From positions 9,982 to 73,981 of the forward strand of contig JAKAKR010000012.1 of NCBI GenBank assembly GCA_021813435.1: a stretch of DNA of 64,000 bases. The letters run 5' to 3'. The stretch is from Nanobdellota archaeon (GTDB taxonomy: Archaea > Nanobdellota > Nanobdellia > Woesearchaeales > UBA9642). The position numbers were made by a program, and so were the translations under genes. The number at the start of each line of letters is the position of its first letter. Position 1 is the first letter of the stretch. Positions 20,951 to 30,546 of the stretch are shown one piece after another. The notes under the pieces are model-generated. The model did not search any database. It was not told where the DNA came from and worked only from the letters and a program-made list of their open reading frames with translations.

Positions 20951-21676
20951 TTACTGCACAATTGTTATCTCAACACCTCCATGGGTTCGTTTGTTGAGTT
21001 CGTCCATAATATCAGTGTAGATCCCTGCAGGGACTTCGATGGTTACAAAATAGCATCCATCCTCGAGCCATTCATCTTTGAGGATTTTTCCGTAACTCTT
21101 GATGAGCGCATAATTTTTCTGCGCGTATTTTGCGCTGATATGGATCTGCAATTTTTTTGTCTCGAACTTGATGGGAAGGATCGGTTTTAACTGCTTAAGG
21201 ATTGCCTGCACCTGATCGTCAGCACTCTTCTTGTCGTCGATTCTGATCTTTGCCTCCTCAAAGGCGTTCGTGATCCGGGTGATGGGATGGGGAAGGTTGT
21301 TGTCAGGATTGATGGCATTGCGATGGATGATCTCGATGATCCTGTTGCGTTTGAGCGCTGCAAGTGTCTTGCGGTACTGCTCGCTGAGCTGCAATTCCCC
21401 GTGCGTGATGATGTATGTTGCGATTTCATCCTCGGAAAGCACCCCGAATGCGACTGCAAGATCATTCTTTGCGCTAAAGAGCCCTTTTTTTGCATTCTCA
21501 AAGATATGCTCGGCCATGACGACTTCGCGGACATCATCAAGCGTATGGTTCTTGTAGGCGATCACTTTATCCGGATCGATGACAACCTCGAAATTCTTCC
21601 CATTCTTTTTGATCCGTGCAACATTGATATGGATCCGTTCTTTGATGGGTTTTTTGGAAAAATTTTGCGTTGCCAT
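20951..21676 (-). CDS. Ribosome assembly factor SBDS
   Basis: ARIKKNGKNFEV, NLPHPITRI, LKPILPIKFE motifs; conserved position between psmA and rrp4. Confidence 0.93.
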   Translation of the reverse strand: MATQNFSKKPIKERIHINVARIKKNGKNFEVVIDPDKVIAYKNHTLDDVREVVMAEHIFENAKKGLFSAKNDLAVAFGVLSEDEIATYIITHGELQLSEQYRKTLAALKRNRIIEIIHRNAINPDNNLPHPITRITNAFEEAKIRIDDKKSADDQVQAILKQLKPILPIKFETKKLQIHISAKYAQKNYALIKSYGKILKDEWLEDGCYFVTIEVPAGIYTDIMDELNKRTHGGVEITIVQ

Positions 21677-21730
21677 GGTTTATAGCATACTTATATAATT
21701 TTGTACTTACATGATTATTTTTTTACATGA

Positions 21731-22483
21731 TTATTTTTTCTTGTCCTTGGAATCAATGGATGCATAGATCTTTGCGATCTTGTCCTTGGATATCTTGGTA
21801 TACTTCTTGTCCTCGCTACCGATAAAGACGCAGTCAATACGGTCTGGCTCGAAATTCTCGTTGAGCACTTTCTTTAATGCACTGATTGCAAGGCGCATGC
21901 CTTCATCAAGTGTCATGGAATCCTTGTATTCTTTGGAGAGTATTGCCTTGACATCAATTTCTCCCTCGCCGATTGCCGTTGCCTTGTATTGGAAATAGAT
22001 CCCTGTCGGGTCAGTCTCGAAGAGTTTGATGCCGTCCTCATCGCCACCTGCGATAAGAAGTGAGACCCCGAATGGTCGCAGGCCGCCGGATTGGGTGCAG
22101 AGCTGCGCGAGGTTTGCAATATCCTTGACGACCGTGAGTACGTCGATTGGCGTATCGTAGAGTACGCGGTGTTCCTGCGCTTTGAGCTGCGCGCGCTCGA
22201 CCAGTACCCGCGCGTCAGAGAGTATTCCTGCAGCAGTGATTGCGATGTGATCATCAGCAAGCCAGATTTTTTCAAGAGCATCCGCAACAATGAGTTTATC
22301 AACGACACGTTTGTCGGTTACGAGCAATACGCCGTCCTTGCAGGTAATGCCGATTGCAGTCGATCCTTGTCGGACTGTCTTTTTTGCATATTCGACCTGG
22401 AGCAATCGCCCGTCAGGGCTGAACATGGTTATTGCACGGTCATACCCCATCATCTGGTGTTGTAATGGTTGTACATCTGTCAT
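21731..22483 (-). CDS. psmA: Proteasome subunit alpha
   Basis: GYDRAITMFSPDGRLLQVEYA signature, RPFGVSLL. Confidence 0.97.
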   Translation of the reverse strand: MTDVQPLQHQMMGYDRAITMFSPDGRLLQVEYAKKTVRQGSTAIGITCKDGVLLVTDKRVVDKLIVADALEKIWLADDHIAITAAGILSDARVLVERAQLKAQEHRVLYDTPIDVLTVVKDIANLAQLCTQSGGLRPFGVSLLIAGGDEDGIKLFETDPTGIYFQYKATAIGEGEIDVKAILSKEYKDSMTLDEGMRLAISALKKVLNENFEPDRIDCVFIGSEDKKYTKISKDKIAKIYASIDSKDKKK

Positions 22484-22568
22484 AGTGTTTACCTCACGTT
22501 GTGTTTATCAGCAATTTTATCAGCAATGTTTATCGACAATTAATAGATTATTATCCGTCCGTATATCA

Positions 22569-22967
22569 TTATCCGTCCATCTTCTCTTTTGCGCGTTGCG
22601 CAATTCCTGAAACGGCAATGGTTTTAATCGTGACCGGAACTGTGCGGCCTGCAGGACCTGCAGCATGAATGAGCCCCAGACACGTCTTGACTTTATCGAC
22701 GCTGGTATGGGTGACTCGGATGATGCCGCGCATCTTTGCATCATGATACTTTACGGGCGCAAGCCCTGCTGCTGCGCCATCAAAGATCCCGAGCATTGAC
22801 TGTACCTGCATAAGGATATCATCGTATACATCCTTGAAATGCACAGGCGTATGCGCGGTGATACACTCAAAGACAATATAGCGTTGGCGTTCCTTGAGTG
22901 TCGGCAATAATACCTTTTGTTTGTGCGGTATCATGTTGTGGTATGAGAAAGCATCAGCATAGCACAT
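22569..22967 (-). CDS. rnp2: Ribonuclease P protein component Pop5/Rpp14
   Basis: LLPTLKERQRYIVFE and VSGI motifs; canonical position upstream of psmA. Confidence 0.85.
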   Translation of the reverse strand: MCYADAFSYHNMIPHKQKVLLPTLKERQRYIVFECITAHTPVHFKDVYDDILMQVQSMLGIFDGAAAGLAPVKYHDAKMRGIIRVTHTSVDKVKTCLGLIHAAGPAGRTVPVTIKTIAVSGIAQRAKEKMDG

Positions 22968-23100
22968 ATGCTCTCATCGGCTCCATCATTCTGCAAGAAC
23001 AAAGAAAGCCAAGGTATTTATAAATATTATGGATGGGTGCTCTGCGCGGTATCGCTCAAAAATTAAAAACCTTTAAATAATAGGGTTCGTGGGCTAAAGT

Positions 23101-23907
23101 ATGGACGGGATCATCATCAGCATCATCGCATTCTTTGTCGTGATCATCGCACTCATCATTGTATTCCGTATCCTGCGCAGCATCCTTATCTTCCGGCTGC
23201 TCTTTCGCATTCTTTCCATCGCGTTCCTTCTCCTCTTTATCCTCTGCATCATTGTCGCGTATGCAGTCATCAAGGATGCAAATGACATGAAGAATAATTT
23301 CCAGAATTCCACGAACCTCATCCTGCTCAAGAACGGCACCATGCTCCTGAGCGGTGTCGCGCTCAATATCAATGCAGACAAACTCACCCCGCTCAATACC
23401 ACAACCATTGATGAACTCCAAAAATCCTATACAGGTGATCGCGCAAACATCGCGCATAACCGGGAATATTACAAGATCATCATCATGGACATCAGCGTTA
23501 TTGATGCCATGCCGGAGAATACCAGCATCGAAAAAGGGCTTACCCTGAACAAGTCAGAGATCATGCAGGTGCTCACGAGCAGTGACGCAAAGACAACGCT
23601 TGCAACAATCATCGCAGCACGACAGAAGATATCCTCAACTGTTGTCGCATCACAATTGTCCATGGATTCTGCCGGCATCAAGGCATATCTCACGACTGCA
23701 ATTATCACGTATTACTTCAGCCCTGACCACATCAATGCACTGTTCCAGGAGTACCGCAACGGATCAGTCGAGGTCTATCAGGAGACTGCAATCTTTATGC
23801 TCATCAAGTTTGCGCCGCAAAGCATGATCCAATCCCTTGTGAACCGCACAGGAAATAGCAGTATAACAAGCAGCATCACTCAAAAAGTAACCCAGGTCAT
23901 TGGATAA
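23101..23907 (+). CDS. Hypothetical membrane-anchored protein
   Basis: Two N-terminal TM helices, then a soluble domain; upstream CTTTAAATA box. Confidence 0.7.
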   Translation: MDGIIISIIAFFVVIIALIIVFRILRSILIFRLLFRILSIAFLLLFILCIIVAYAVIKDANDMKNNFQNSTNLILLKNGTMLLSGVALNINADKLTPLNTTTIDELQKSYTGDRANIAHNREYYKIIIMDISVIDAMPENTSIEKGLTLNKSEIMQVLTSSDAKTTLATIIAARQKISSTVVASQLSMDSAGIKAYLTTAIITYYFSPDHINALFQEYRNGSVEVYQETAIFMLIKFAPQSMIQSLVNRTGNSSITSSITQKVTQVIG

Positions 23908-23962
23908 GAAGAGAATTCTCTACTACTATATATACCGGACATTTCTCACTGACGATATTGAA

Positions 23963-24146
23963 ATCATCCTCGCTTCGCCGCGGTTGCCATCTGTTCGCTC
24001 TCAACGATGTTTGCAGGATATGCTCATTCATCTTGTCATAAAAATCGAAGATTTTTAGGAAATTAAACACATTCTTTGTTTAATTTAATCTTCTGAGCAT
24101 TCTATGCACTATGAATATTCGCTCACCTGAGGATGGCAATTATGAT
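23963..24146. repeat. Branched intergenic palindrome, copy A
   Basis: TTGCCATC/GATGGCAA and ATGCTCA/TGAGCAT stems enclosing TAAAAATC-GAA-GATTTTTA and AAATTAAACA..TGTTTAATTT hairpins. Confidence 0.7.
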
Positions 24147-24212
24147 CTCAGCATAGTTCTTCCCACCAATACATTTATATAATACTGCGATTAGAAGGAA
24201 TTGAAGAGGTGA

Positions 24213-24659
24213 ATGATGGGTATCCTAGATTTTTTTAAGAAGAGGAATCCAGAACCTGTAGCTCCGGACCTGAATCTTGACATGAATGCAGGACTTCCCG
24301 GCATGCCTAATCTTGATCCTGGACTCGGACCAGAATTTGACCAGCACCCGGCAGATTTGAGCGGGGGAACAAATCCCTCGAGCATGAATATGCAGTCTGC
24401 GACAAACCTTTCCAGTATGGGATTCCAGTCAGGGTCACAACAAACCGCAGCAATGATGGGCGTGGCAGGCGGAACGCAACCCACATACGCATCCTACCCG
24501 CAACAACCCCCGGCAGACCTGCAGAAGGATTTGCAGATACTCTCACTCAAACTTGATGCAATCAAATCACAACTCGACTCAGTCAACCAGCGGGTCTCAA
24601 CAATTGAACGTATCGCACTCAAAGATGAACAGCAGATGCAACAAAAACGGTGGTATTGA
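24213..24659 (+). CDS. Hypothetical protein, disordered N-terminus and C-terminal coiled coil
   Basis: GAGGTGA SD; MGILDFFKK start; KDLQILSLKLDAIKSQLDSVNQRV heptads. Confidence 0.75.
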   Translation: MMGILDFFKKRNPEPVAPDLNLDMNAGLPGMPNLDPGLGPEFDQHPADLSGGTNPSSMNMQSATNLSSMGFQSGSQQTAAMMGVAGGTQPTYASYPQQPPADLQKDLQILSLKLDAIKSQLDSVNQRVSTIERIALKDEQQMQQKRWY

Positions 24660-25245
24660 TACCATAACACCCGCAAGAACTCCTGCAAAGACTGCAGCGA
24701 TATCAAGCGGTCTTCGGGCAGGCGGGTATTATTATGCCATCGTATTTCTAATCCTTATCATCATTGATCGCCTGACAAAGATTTGGGCAGCGCAACTCTC
24801 TCATGAACAGGATTATGGGATATTCTCCTTTGTGTATGTGACCAATACTGGCGCAGGATTCAGTATCTTTACCGGGCAGAACACGCTTCTCATCATGCTC
24901 TCACTTATTGTTCTTGGACTACTCATCTTTTTTTCTTCGTCATTGCACCGGACCGGTGTATGGGTGGTTGCTGCAGGACTTATCGGCAATCTTATTGATC
25001 GCGTGAGTTATGGGTATGTTATTGATTTTATCAATTTCAAATTCTGGCCAGTATTCAATGTCGCAGACATGATGATTGTATTGGGAGTCATTGCGCTGAT
25101 AATTGATTTATGGAGAAAAGATCGCGCAGTTTCCGGCAAAGAAAAGAGTGGATCAAAACACATGCAGCGTAAAACATCAGGGAAAAGTAATGCTCAAAAA
25201 AGATCCCGAACAGTTATCAGAAAAAAGAAGCACACACAAAGATAG
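24625..25245 (+). CDS. lspA: Lipoprotein signal peptidase (signal peptidase II)
   Basis: DRLTK, NTGAGFS, GNLIDR, VIDFI, PVFNVAD conserved boxes with both catalytic Asp; start uncertain. Confidence 0.88.
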   Translation: MNSRCNKNGGIDTITPARTPAKTAAISSGLRAGGYYYAIVFLILIIIDRLTKIWAAQLSHEQDYGIFSFVYVTNTGAGFSIFTGQNTLLIMLSLIVLGLLIFFSSSLHRTGVWVVAAGLIGNLIDRVSYGYVIDFINFKFWPVFNVADMMIVLGVIALIIDLWRKDRAVSGKEKSGSKHMQRKTSGKSNAQKRSRTVIRKKKHTQR

Positions 25246-25282
25246 AAGATGAGAATATACTAGCGATATTCGACGATGATTT

Positions 25283-25615
25283 CTAGAATTCGTCAAGATC
25301 CTGGAGTTTGTCCAGAAATCCATTGCGCTCAAGCCATTGCACCTGGATTGGCCTATACTTGAAGATAATGTCCCCTTTTTCGTCGCCATCAAATTCCCAG
25401 GGCTCAATAAGGACCACATCGTTCTCGCGGACCCATAATTGGCGTTTTAATCGTCCAGGAATCCTGCAGTTCCTTGTCTTTCCATCAAGACACCGGACCT
25501 TTGCACGGCTGCCGCCAAGGCGCTGTTCAAGAATGCCCAGCACTTCTTTTCCGCGGGGTGTGCGCACACGCGTGAATTCTTCAGTGCCTTCGGTTGATGG
25601 TGCATTAAATGCCAT
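25283..25615 (-). CDS. eif1A: Translation initiation factor aIF-1A
   Basis: [49 protein letters not shown]. Confidence 0.95.
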   Translation of the reverse strand: MAFNAPSTEGTEEFTRVRTPRGKEVLGILEQRLGGSRAKVRCLDGKTRNCRIPGRLKRQLWVRENDVVLIEPWEFDGDEKGDIIFKYRPIQVQWLERNGFLDKLQDLDEF

Positions 25616-25665
25616 GATTCCAGGAAAAATGTCCCACACTTTATATAGCTTTTGATTTAGTGGGG

Positions 25666-25865
25666 GTGTTCAAAAAGTACGCCAATGCCACTATGCGAGC
25701 ATCGTAAAACAATTTTGCGAGCTGACCTAAGATATTGAACAAAGTAAACAAAGTTTACTTGGTTTCCTAAAAATTGAGTATCAATTTTTTTGACAAGAGT
25801 AAATGTCAGCGATCAAAACACGATACGCATGCGAGCGGCATGGCGTAAAAAAATATTTTCAACAT
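25666..25865. repeat. Branched intergenic palindrome, copy B (reverse orientation relative to A)
   Basis: TACGCCA/TGGCGTA and GCTGAC/GTCAGC stems with inner AAGTAAAC-AAA-GTTTACTT and AAAAATTGA-GTA-TCAATTTTT hairpins; the reverse complement of the core matches copy A (TGTCA.AAAAAT...ATTTTTAGGAAA). Confidence 0.7.
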
Positions 25866-25913
25866 ACCTTATCACTTAAATAAATTTTTAAACCAAGAAA
25901 AAATCCAAATATC

Positions 25914-26441
25914 ATGGGACGGATGGATACGCACACAATCAAAAATCATGCACCGATTGGTAAACGGATCCTTGCATTCATCGCAGATTTTCTCATCATT
26001 GACATTGTGATTTTCTGGGCATTCCAGAATGCGTTTGCGCAGGTGTTTTTCGCAAAAACATTCAAAGAGGCCATGCAATCAGCACAGTCCATTAACCCAG
26101 CAGTATACTTTCTGCTCCTCGTTGTCGCACTGCTCATGCTCTTCTATCACACCTTTTTCGAATATTATCTCGGGCAGACCCCGGGGCAGATGTTCTTCAC
26201 TATCCGCGTGATTGATCGCGTCAAAGGTGAAGTCGGGTTCTGGAAGGCGCTTACGCGCAACCTCTATATCCTCCCCTTTTTCCCCTTTTACATCTTCTGG
26301 ATCATTGAACCGATTTATCTCGCGTTTTACAAGGAACGATTCCTCGAGCGCATCACGAACACTGCAACAATCAATGCAGATGCGTATAGCACGCCTGAGA
26401 ACAGGTCATGGAAATCGTATCCATTCAAGAAAGTAAAATAA
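25914..26441 (+). CDS. RDD family membrane protein
   Basis: KRILAFIAD, YHTFFE..GQTPG, ALTRN. Confidence 0.85.
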   Translation: MGRMDTHTIKNHAPIGKRILAFIADFLIIDIVIFWAFQNAFAQVFFAKTFKEAMQSAQSINPAVYFLLLVVALLMLFYHTFFEYYLGQTPGQMFFTIRVIDRVKGEVGFWKALTRNLYILPFFPFYIFWIIEPIYLAFYKERFLERITNTATINADAYSTPENRSWKSYPFKKVK

Positions 26442-26465
26442 AAAGAAGAACAGGCAGGTGAATCC

Positions 26466-27392
26466 ATGAAAGACGAACAACCCAAAAAACGATTATGGAC
26501 CATGGTGTGGATACTCCTCATCCTCTTGGTATTTAGCGTACTCATCGCTGCAGTATTTACCGGCATCGGATCGCAGGATACAAATTATAATACTGCAATC
26601 ATCGGAATCAACGGCGAGATCACCAGTGACGATAGCGGATCATTCTTTGCAGGAGCAAGCGCGAGTTCACCGACGGTCATCGCTGAGCTTGAGCGTGCAC
26701 GCACTGACCCGCAGGTCAAGGCAATCATTCTTGAGATCAATAGCCCGGGCGGAAGCCCGGTCGCAACTGATGAGATAAGCGAGGAGATCAAGGATATCCG
26801 CAATAACAATATCACTGTTGTTGCCTGGATCCGCGAGGAAGGCGCATCAGGCGCATACTGGATCTCGACTGCAAGCGAACATATCATCGCAAACCGGATG
26901 AGTATTGTCGGATCCATCGGGGTCACGGGATCCTATATTGAATGGTATGGACTCATGAACCGTTACAATGTCACCTACAAGCGGCTTGTCGCCGGAGAAT
27001 TCAAGGACACCGGAACACCATACCGACCCATGAGTTCAGCAGAAGAAGCGATGCTCCAGTCAAAACTGGACAAATTGCACGAATATTTTATCAGTGCAGT
27101 TGCCGCAAACCGTCATATGAGTGTCGCAAAAGTGCGCGATCTTGCAACCGGAGAGATATTTTTGGGTGTCGAGGCAAAAGAGAATGGGCTTATCGACGAA
27201 CTCGGGGGAAAACGCGAGGCAGAGGCGTATCTTGCAAAAAGATTGAATACCACGATCACGACACGGGAATTTGTTCCTGACAAAGGATTTTTCGAACGGC
27301 TGATGAGCGCCATGAACCAGAACAGTTTTTTCATGGGTGAAGGCATTGCATCTGCAGTACTCAAGCAAAACGCACTCAAGATACAGACATAA
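26466..27392 (+). CDS. sppA: Signal peptide peptidase SppA (S49)
   Basis: INSPGGS, GASGAYW, GSIGV, GEFKD motifs. Confidence 0.93.
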   Translation: MKDEQPKKRLWTMVWILLILLVFSVLIAAVFTGIGSQDTNYNTAIIGINGEITSDDSGSFFAGASASSPTVIAELERARTDPQVKAIILEINSPGGSPVATDEISEEIKDIRNNNITVVAWIREEGASGAYWISTASEHIIANRMSIVGSIGVTGSYIEWYGLMNRYNVTYKRLVAGEFKDTGTPYRPMSSAEEAMLQSKLDKLHEYFISAVAANRHMSVAKVRDLATGEIFLGVEAKENGLIDELGGKREAEAYLAKRLNTTITTREFVPDKGFFERLMSAMNQNSFFMGEGIASAVLKQNALKIQT

Positions 27393-27405
27393 AGAGGAAT
27401 AAATC

Positions 27406-27648
27406 ATGGGCCTACGTGAATCATTGCGGAAATTGAAAGAAGAGGAAGAGGCGCAAAAGAAACTCAGCGTCAAGCGCGAAGTAAAAAAGGAACTCACCAA
27501 ATTAAAAAATCAGATCAAGACAACAACAAAAAAATGCGTCATGTGCAGCAGGGACGCGCAGTATTCCATCAAGGGTTCCAGCGAATGGTATTGCAAGGAT
27601 TGCGCAAAGGAATGCTTTGGGGATTTAAGCCATCTGAAAAAAACATAA
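27406..27648 (+). CDS. Small coiled-coil/Zn-finger protein
   Basis: CVMC...YCKDCAKECF; GAGG SD. Confidence 0.65.
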   Translation: MGLRESLRKLKEEEEAQKKLSVKREVKKELTKLKNQIKTTTKKCVMCSRDAQYSIKGSSEWYCKDCAKECFGDLSHLKKT

Positions 27649-27661
27649 TCCAGAACATACC

Positions 27662-28132
27662 ATGGAACTTAACCAACTCATAACACTGGTGAAAAAAATC
27701 GTAGCTGAAGCATGCAAGCTTAAAGATGCACACACTACTGCAAAGCATGCGCCAGTAAATTATGCATGCATATTCACCCAAAATCAAAAAGAATACGAAG
27801 CATTAGTCGCAACTGCAAACAAGATAGGTGCAGTGGTGAAAGAAACACCATCAGGTCTACTTTTTCATATACCGCCCATAAACACTGTTGCAGGCGATTT
27901 ACGATTAGTAAAAATAAGGTTGCCTGACGTCACAAGACCTGAAAGAGGAGATGCAGATTTTACTATTCTTGATTACCATGTATTCAAGAAAAAATATTTA
28001 TCAAAAAAAGGTTTCAAATTAATACCGCGAGAAAATTTTGAGATGATTGAACTCATGAATGCCACATTCAATGTCCGCGTATATTTTTCTTATCCTCCGC
28101 TAGGCGAGCAACTCAAGATTACAAAAAAATAA
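27662..28132 (+). CDS. Hypothetical protein
   Basis: 156-aa ORF co-directional with sppA; more AT-rich than its neighbours. Confidence 0.65.
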   Translation: MELNQLITLVKKIVAEACKLKDAHTTAKHAPVNYACIFTQNQKEYEALVATANKIGAVVKETPSGLLFHIPPINTVAGDLRLVKIRLPDVTRPERGDADFTILDYHVFKKKYLSKKGFKLIPRENFEMIELMNATFNVRVYFSYPPLGEQLKITKK

Positions 28133-30052
28133 TTAGATATATACCATATGTTCTCTGCTTTTTATCCCGTAGATGATGACATAGGTCCAAAACAGCCTTT
28201 TCTTGCGCGTGATATGCACGGAGAATCCTGCGTCACGAAAAATCTTCTCGATGTACGCATCGTCCGAGAGCCATTTCACGTTCGGGATGACCCAGAAATA
28301 GTCGACGTACTCGACCATGCAGATCTTGCCGTTGCGGGGAAGGATCTTTGCAATGTCCCGGAGCACTTTGTGCACATCTTGGATATAGCTGAGTTGCCCG
28401 ACAGAGAATGCGACGTCGATATTCTTGACACTCGGGTGGACTCGGCTGATATGATGCTCATCATAGATCGGCTCGACATTCGTAAGGTTCCTGCGCGCAA
28501 GGCGTTTTTCAATGATTGCAATGTTTTTCTGGCTGATATCAGTTGCGTAGATCTTTCCGCCCGGTCCCACAATATCTGCAAGATGGAGTGTCAGTGTTCC
28601 AACCCCTGCGCCATAATCCAGTACGACCTTGTCCTTGAGGTCTGAAAAGTAGAGGAGCAATTCTTTGCGGAATGTCTTGGGAAAACTGATATTTTCGAAT
28701 AAGAGATCAAAGATTGCAAATGAGTCATTGACTTTCTTGATCCAGTCAGGATCATAATAGATCATGAGAAGCAGAAAGATTGGGATACCAAAAAGGATGA
28801 AACTCAGGCCCAGCCGGAACATGCCGAATGCATCCGGAGTCGAAAAGAGCCAGGCCACGACCGTAGTAGTATAGATGAGTGCAACAATGATGGGCCCGCT
28901 TTTTCCGAACCATACCTTGAATGGTCGGGGATGATTGGGTTTTTTGTAACGGAGCACCACCACTGCAAGAATGATTGAGATATACATGAGAAGTGCCATG
29001 GGTACGAGCAGTTCAAGAAGGTATTCGTATCGTCCGAACCCGAAAATGATGACTGCAATAAGTACCACGGTCTGGAAGATGATTGCCTTATAGGGCGTCT
29101 GGTAGCGGGGGTGGATGTCTTCGAGTTGCTCGATGAATAATTTGTCGCGTGCAAGCCCGAGAAGGAGTCGGGGACTGCCGATGAGTCCGCCTGCAGCTGA
29201 TCCGATAAGCGCGAGTGCAACACCCATATTGACAATGATTGCGACCTGCGGATTGAATAGAATGGCAGTCAAGTCAGAGAGTGGTGTTCCTGAATGCGCA
29301 AGGATATGCCAGGGGATAACGCCGAGCATGACAAATGCGAGCAGGATTCCGAGCAGTGAGACAAAGACTGATCCCCAAAGGAGTGCCTGCGGGATGACGT
29401 ATTCAGCATTCTTTGTTTCTTCAGCCATGAATGTCGCATTTTCCCATCCAAAGAATGTTTCGACAATAAAGAAGAGCGCGACAAAGAGTCCGAGAAATGG
29501 CGTCGTAAAGAACGGCGTATAGTTGGCATAGTTGATGTGCCCGAATCCAAAAACAATAATGGTCATAAGGACCACGATGATGATGATTGCAAAAATCCCA
29601 AGGATTGTCGAGATGCTGTCGGTCCCGAAATATGCAAAGGTGTTCAGGAGCACAACAATAGCGACTGCAAGAACAATCTTGAAGATCATGCCATATTCTT
29701 TCGGGATTAAATAATCGAGTGCTGCAACAATGAGCAGCGCATTCATGATATTGATGACGACCCAGGATGTCCATCCGATGAGAAACGCCAGAGGCCCCTT
29801 GCCATAAGCCTGTTTTGCAAATTCATAGACTCCTCCTGCGCTGGGAAACATTGCAGTCAATTCGCCAAAGCATGCACCGACATAGACAGTCATGATGCCG
29901 AGAAATATCCAGACGAGTATCGAGGCATTGCCTGCCTTGTCAGCCGCAAGTGCTGTCCCAAAAAACATCCCGGTTCCGATCATTGCAGTAATGGTTATTG
30001 CAAAGATTGTCCAGAATCCTAGTGTGCGTTTCAGCTCAGCCATTGTTTCCAT
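28133..30052 (-). CDS. APC-family amino acid permease fused to a C-terminal class I SAM methyltransferase domain
   Basis: LKRTLG, IGTGMF, ELTAMFPSAGG, GWE..AEETKN, RPFKV permease motifs; then VLDYGAGVG, YATDIS methyltransferase motifs in the same frame. Confidence 0.88.
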   Translation of the reverse strand: METMAELKRTLGFWTIFAITITAMIGTGMFFGTALAADKAGNASILVWIFLGIMTVYVGACFGELTAMFPSAGGVYEFAKQAYGKGPLAFLIGWTSWVVINIMNALLIVAALDYLIPKEYGMIFKIVLAVAIVVLLNTFAYFGTDSISTILGIFAIIIIVVLMTIIVFGFGHINYANYTPFFTTPFLGLFVALFFIVETFFGWENATFMAEETKNAEYVIPQALLWGSVFVSLLGILLAFVMLGVIPWHILAHSGTPLSDLTAILFNPQVAIIVNMGVALALIGSAAGGLIGSPRLLLGLARDKLFIEQLEDIHPRYQTPYKAIIFQTVVLIAVIIFGFGRYEYLLELLVPMALLMYISIILAVVVLRYKKPNHPRPFKVWFGKSGPIIVALIYTTTVVAWLFSTPDAFGMFRLGLSFILFGIPIFLLLMIYYDPDWIKKVNDSFAIFDLLFENISFPKTFRKELLLYFSDLKDKVVLDYGAGVGTLTLHLADIVGPGGKIYATDISQKNIAIIEKRLARRNLTNVEPIYDEHHISRVHPSVKNIDVAFSVGQLSYIQDVHKVLRDIAKILPRNGKICMVEYVDYFWVIPNVKWLSDDAYIEKIFRDAGFSVHITRKKRLFWTYVIIYGIKSREHMVYI

Positions 30053-30166
30053 TGCAGCCCTGCGGCTGCGTTATATACGCATTGCAGTATAAATGCATTA
30101 AAAAGCTTCGTATTATTTCAAGAGTAGTGATAAATATTTTAATATCGGCACGACTCTGGTAAGGAA

Positions 30167-30469
30167 ATGAAGAAAATGACCAAGAAAAAAGTCCTGCACA
30201 AATCATTGCGCAAGGCGCATCGCGCGCGCCCTGCAACGCAATCGCGAAAATCATCTGCCCGCGCTGCAGCGCAATACAAGAAAGATCTCATGGACGTCAA
30301 TGTCGTAGAGAAGAATTATGATACACTCTTTGAGGAAAAGCTTGCGGCTGAATACCGCGAATTCCGCAACAACAAGGAACATGCCCTGCAGGCCCATAAA
30401 TTCTACCGCGCGCTCATCATTGTCGTTATCGTTATGCTTCTTGTCCTCTTGCTGCTCAGCTTTGGATAG
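30167..30469 (+). CDS. Small basic protein with C-terminal TM helix
   Basis: Upstream TATA-like box, tail anchor. Confidence 0.6.
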   Translation: MKKMTKKKVLHKSLRKAHRARPATQSRKSSARAAAQYKKDLMDVNVVEKNYDTLFEEKLAAEYREFRNNKEHALQAHKFYRALIIVVIVMLLVLLLLSFG

Positions 30470-30546
30470 ACGCTGCAATGCATCTTAGCAGTAGAGAAAG
30501 TAGAAAGGCATGCGGGTACGCAGGATAACGTCGAGAAGAGAGAATT

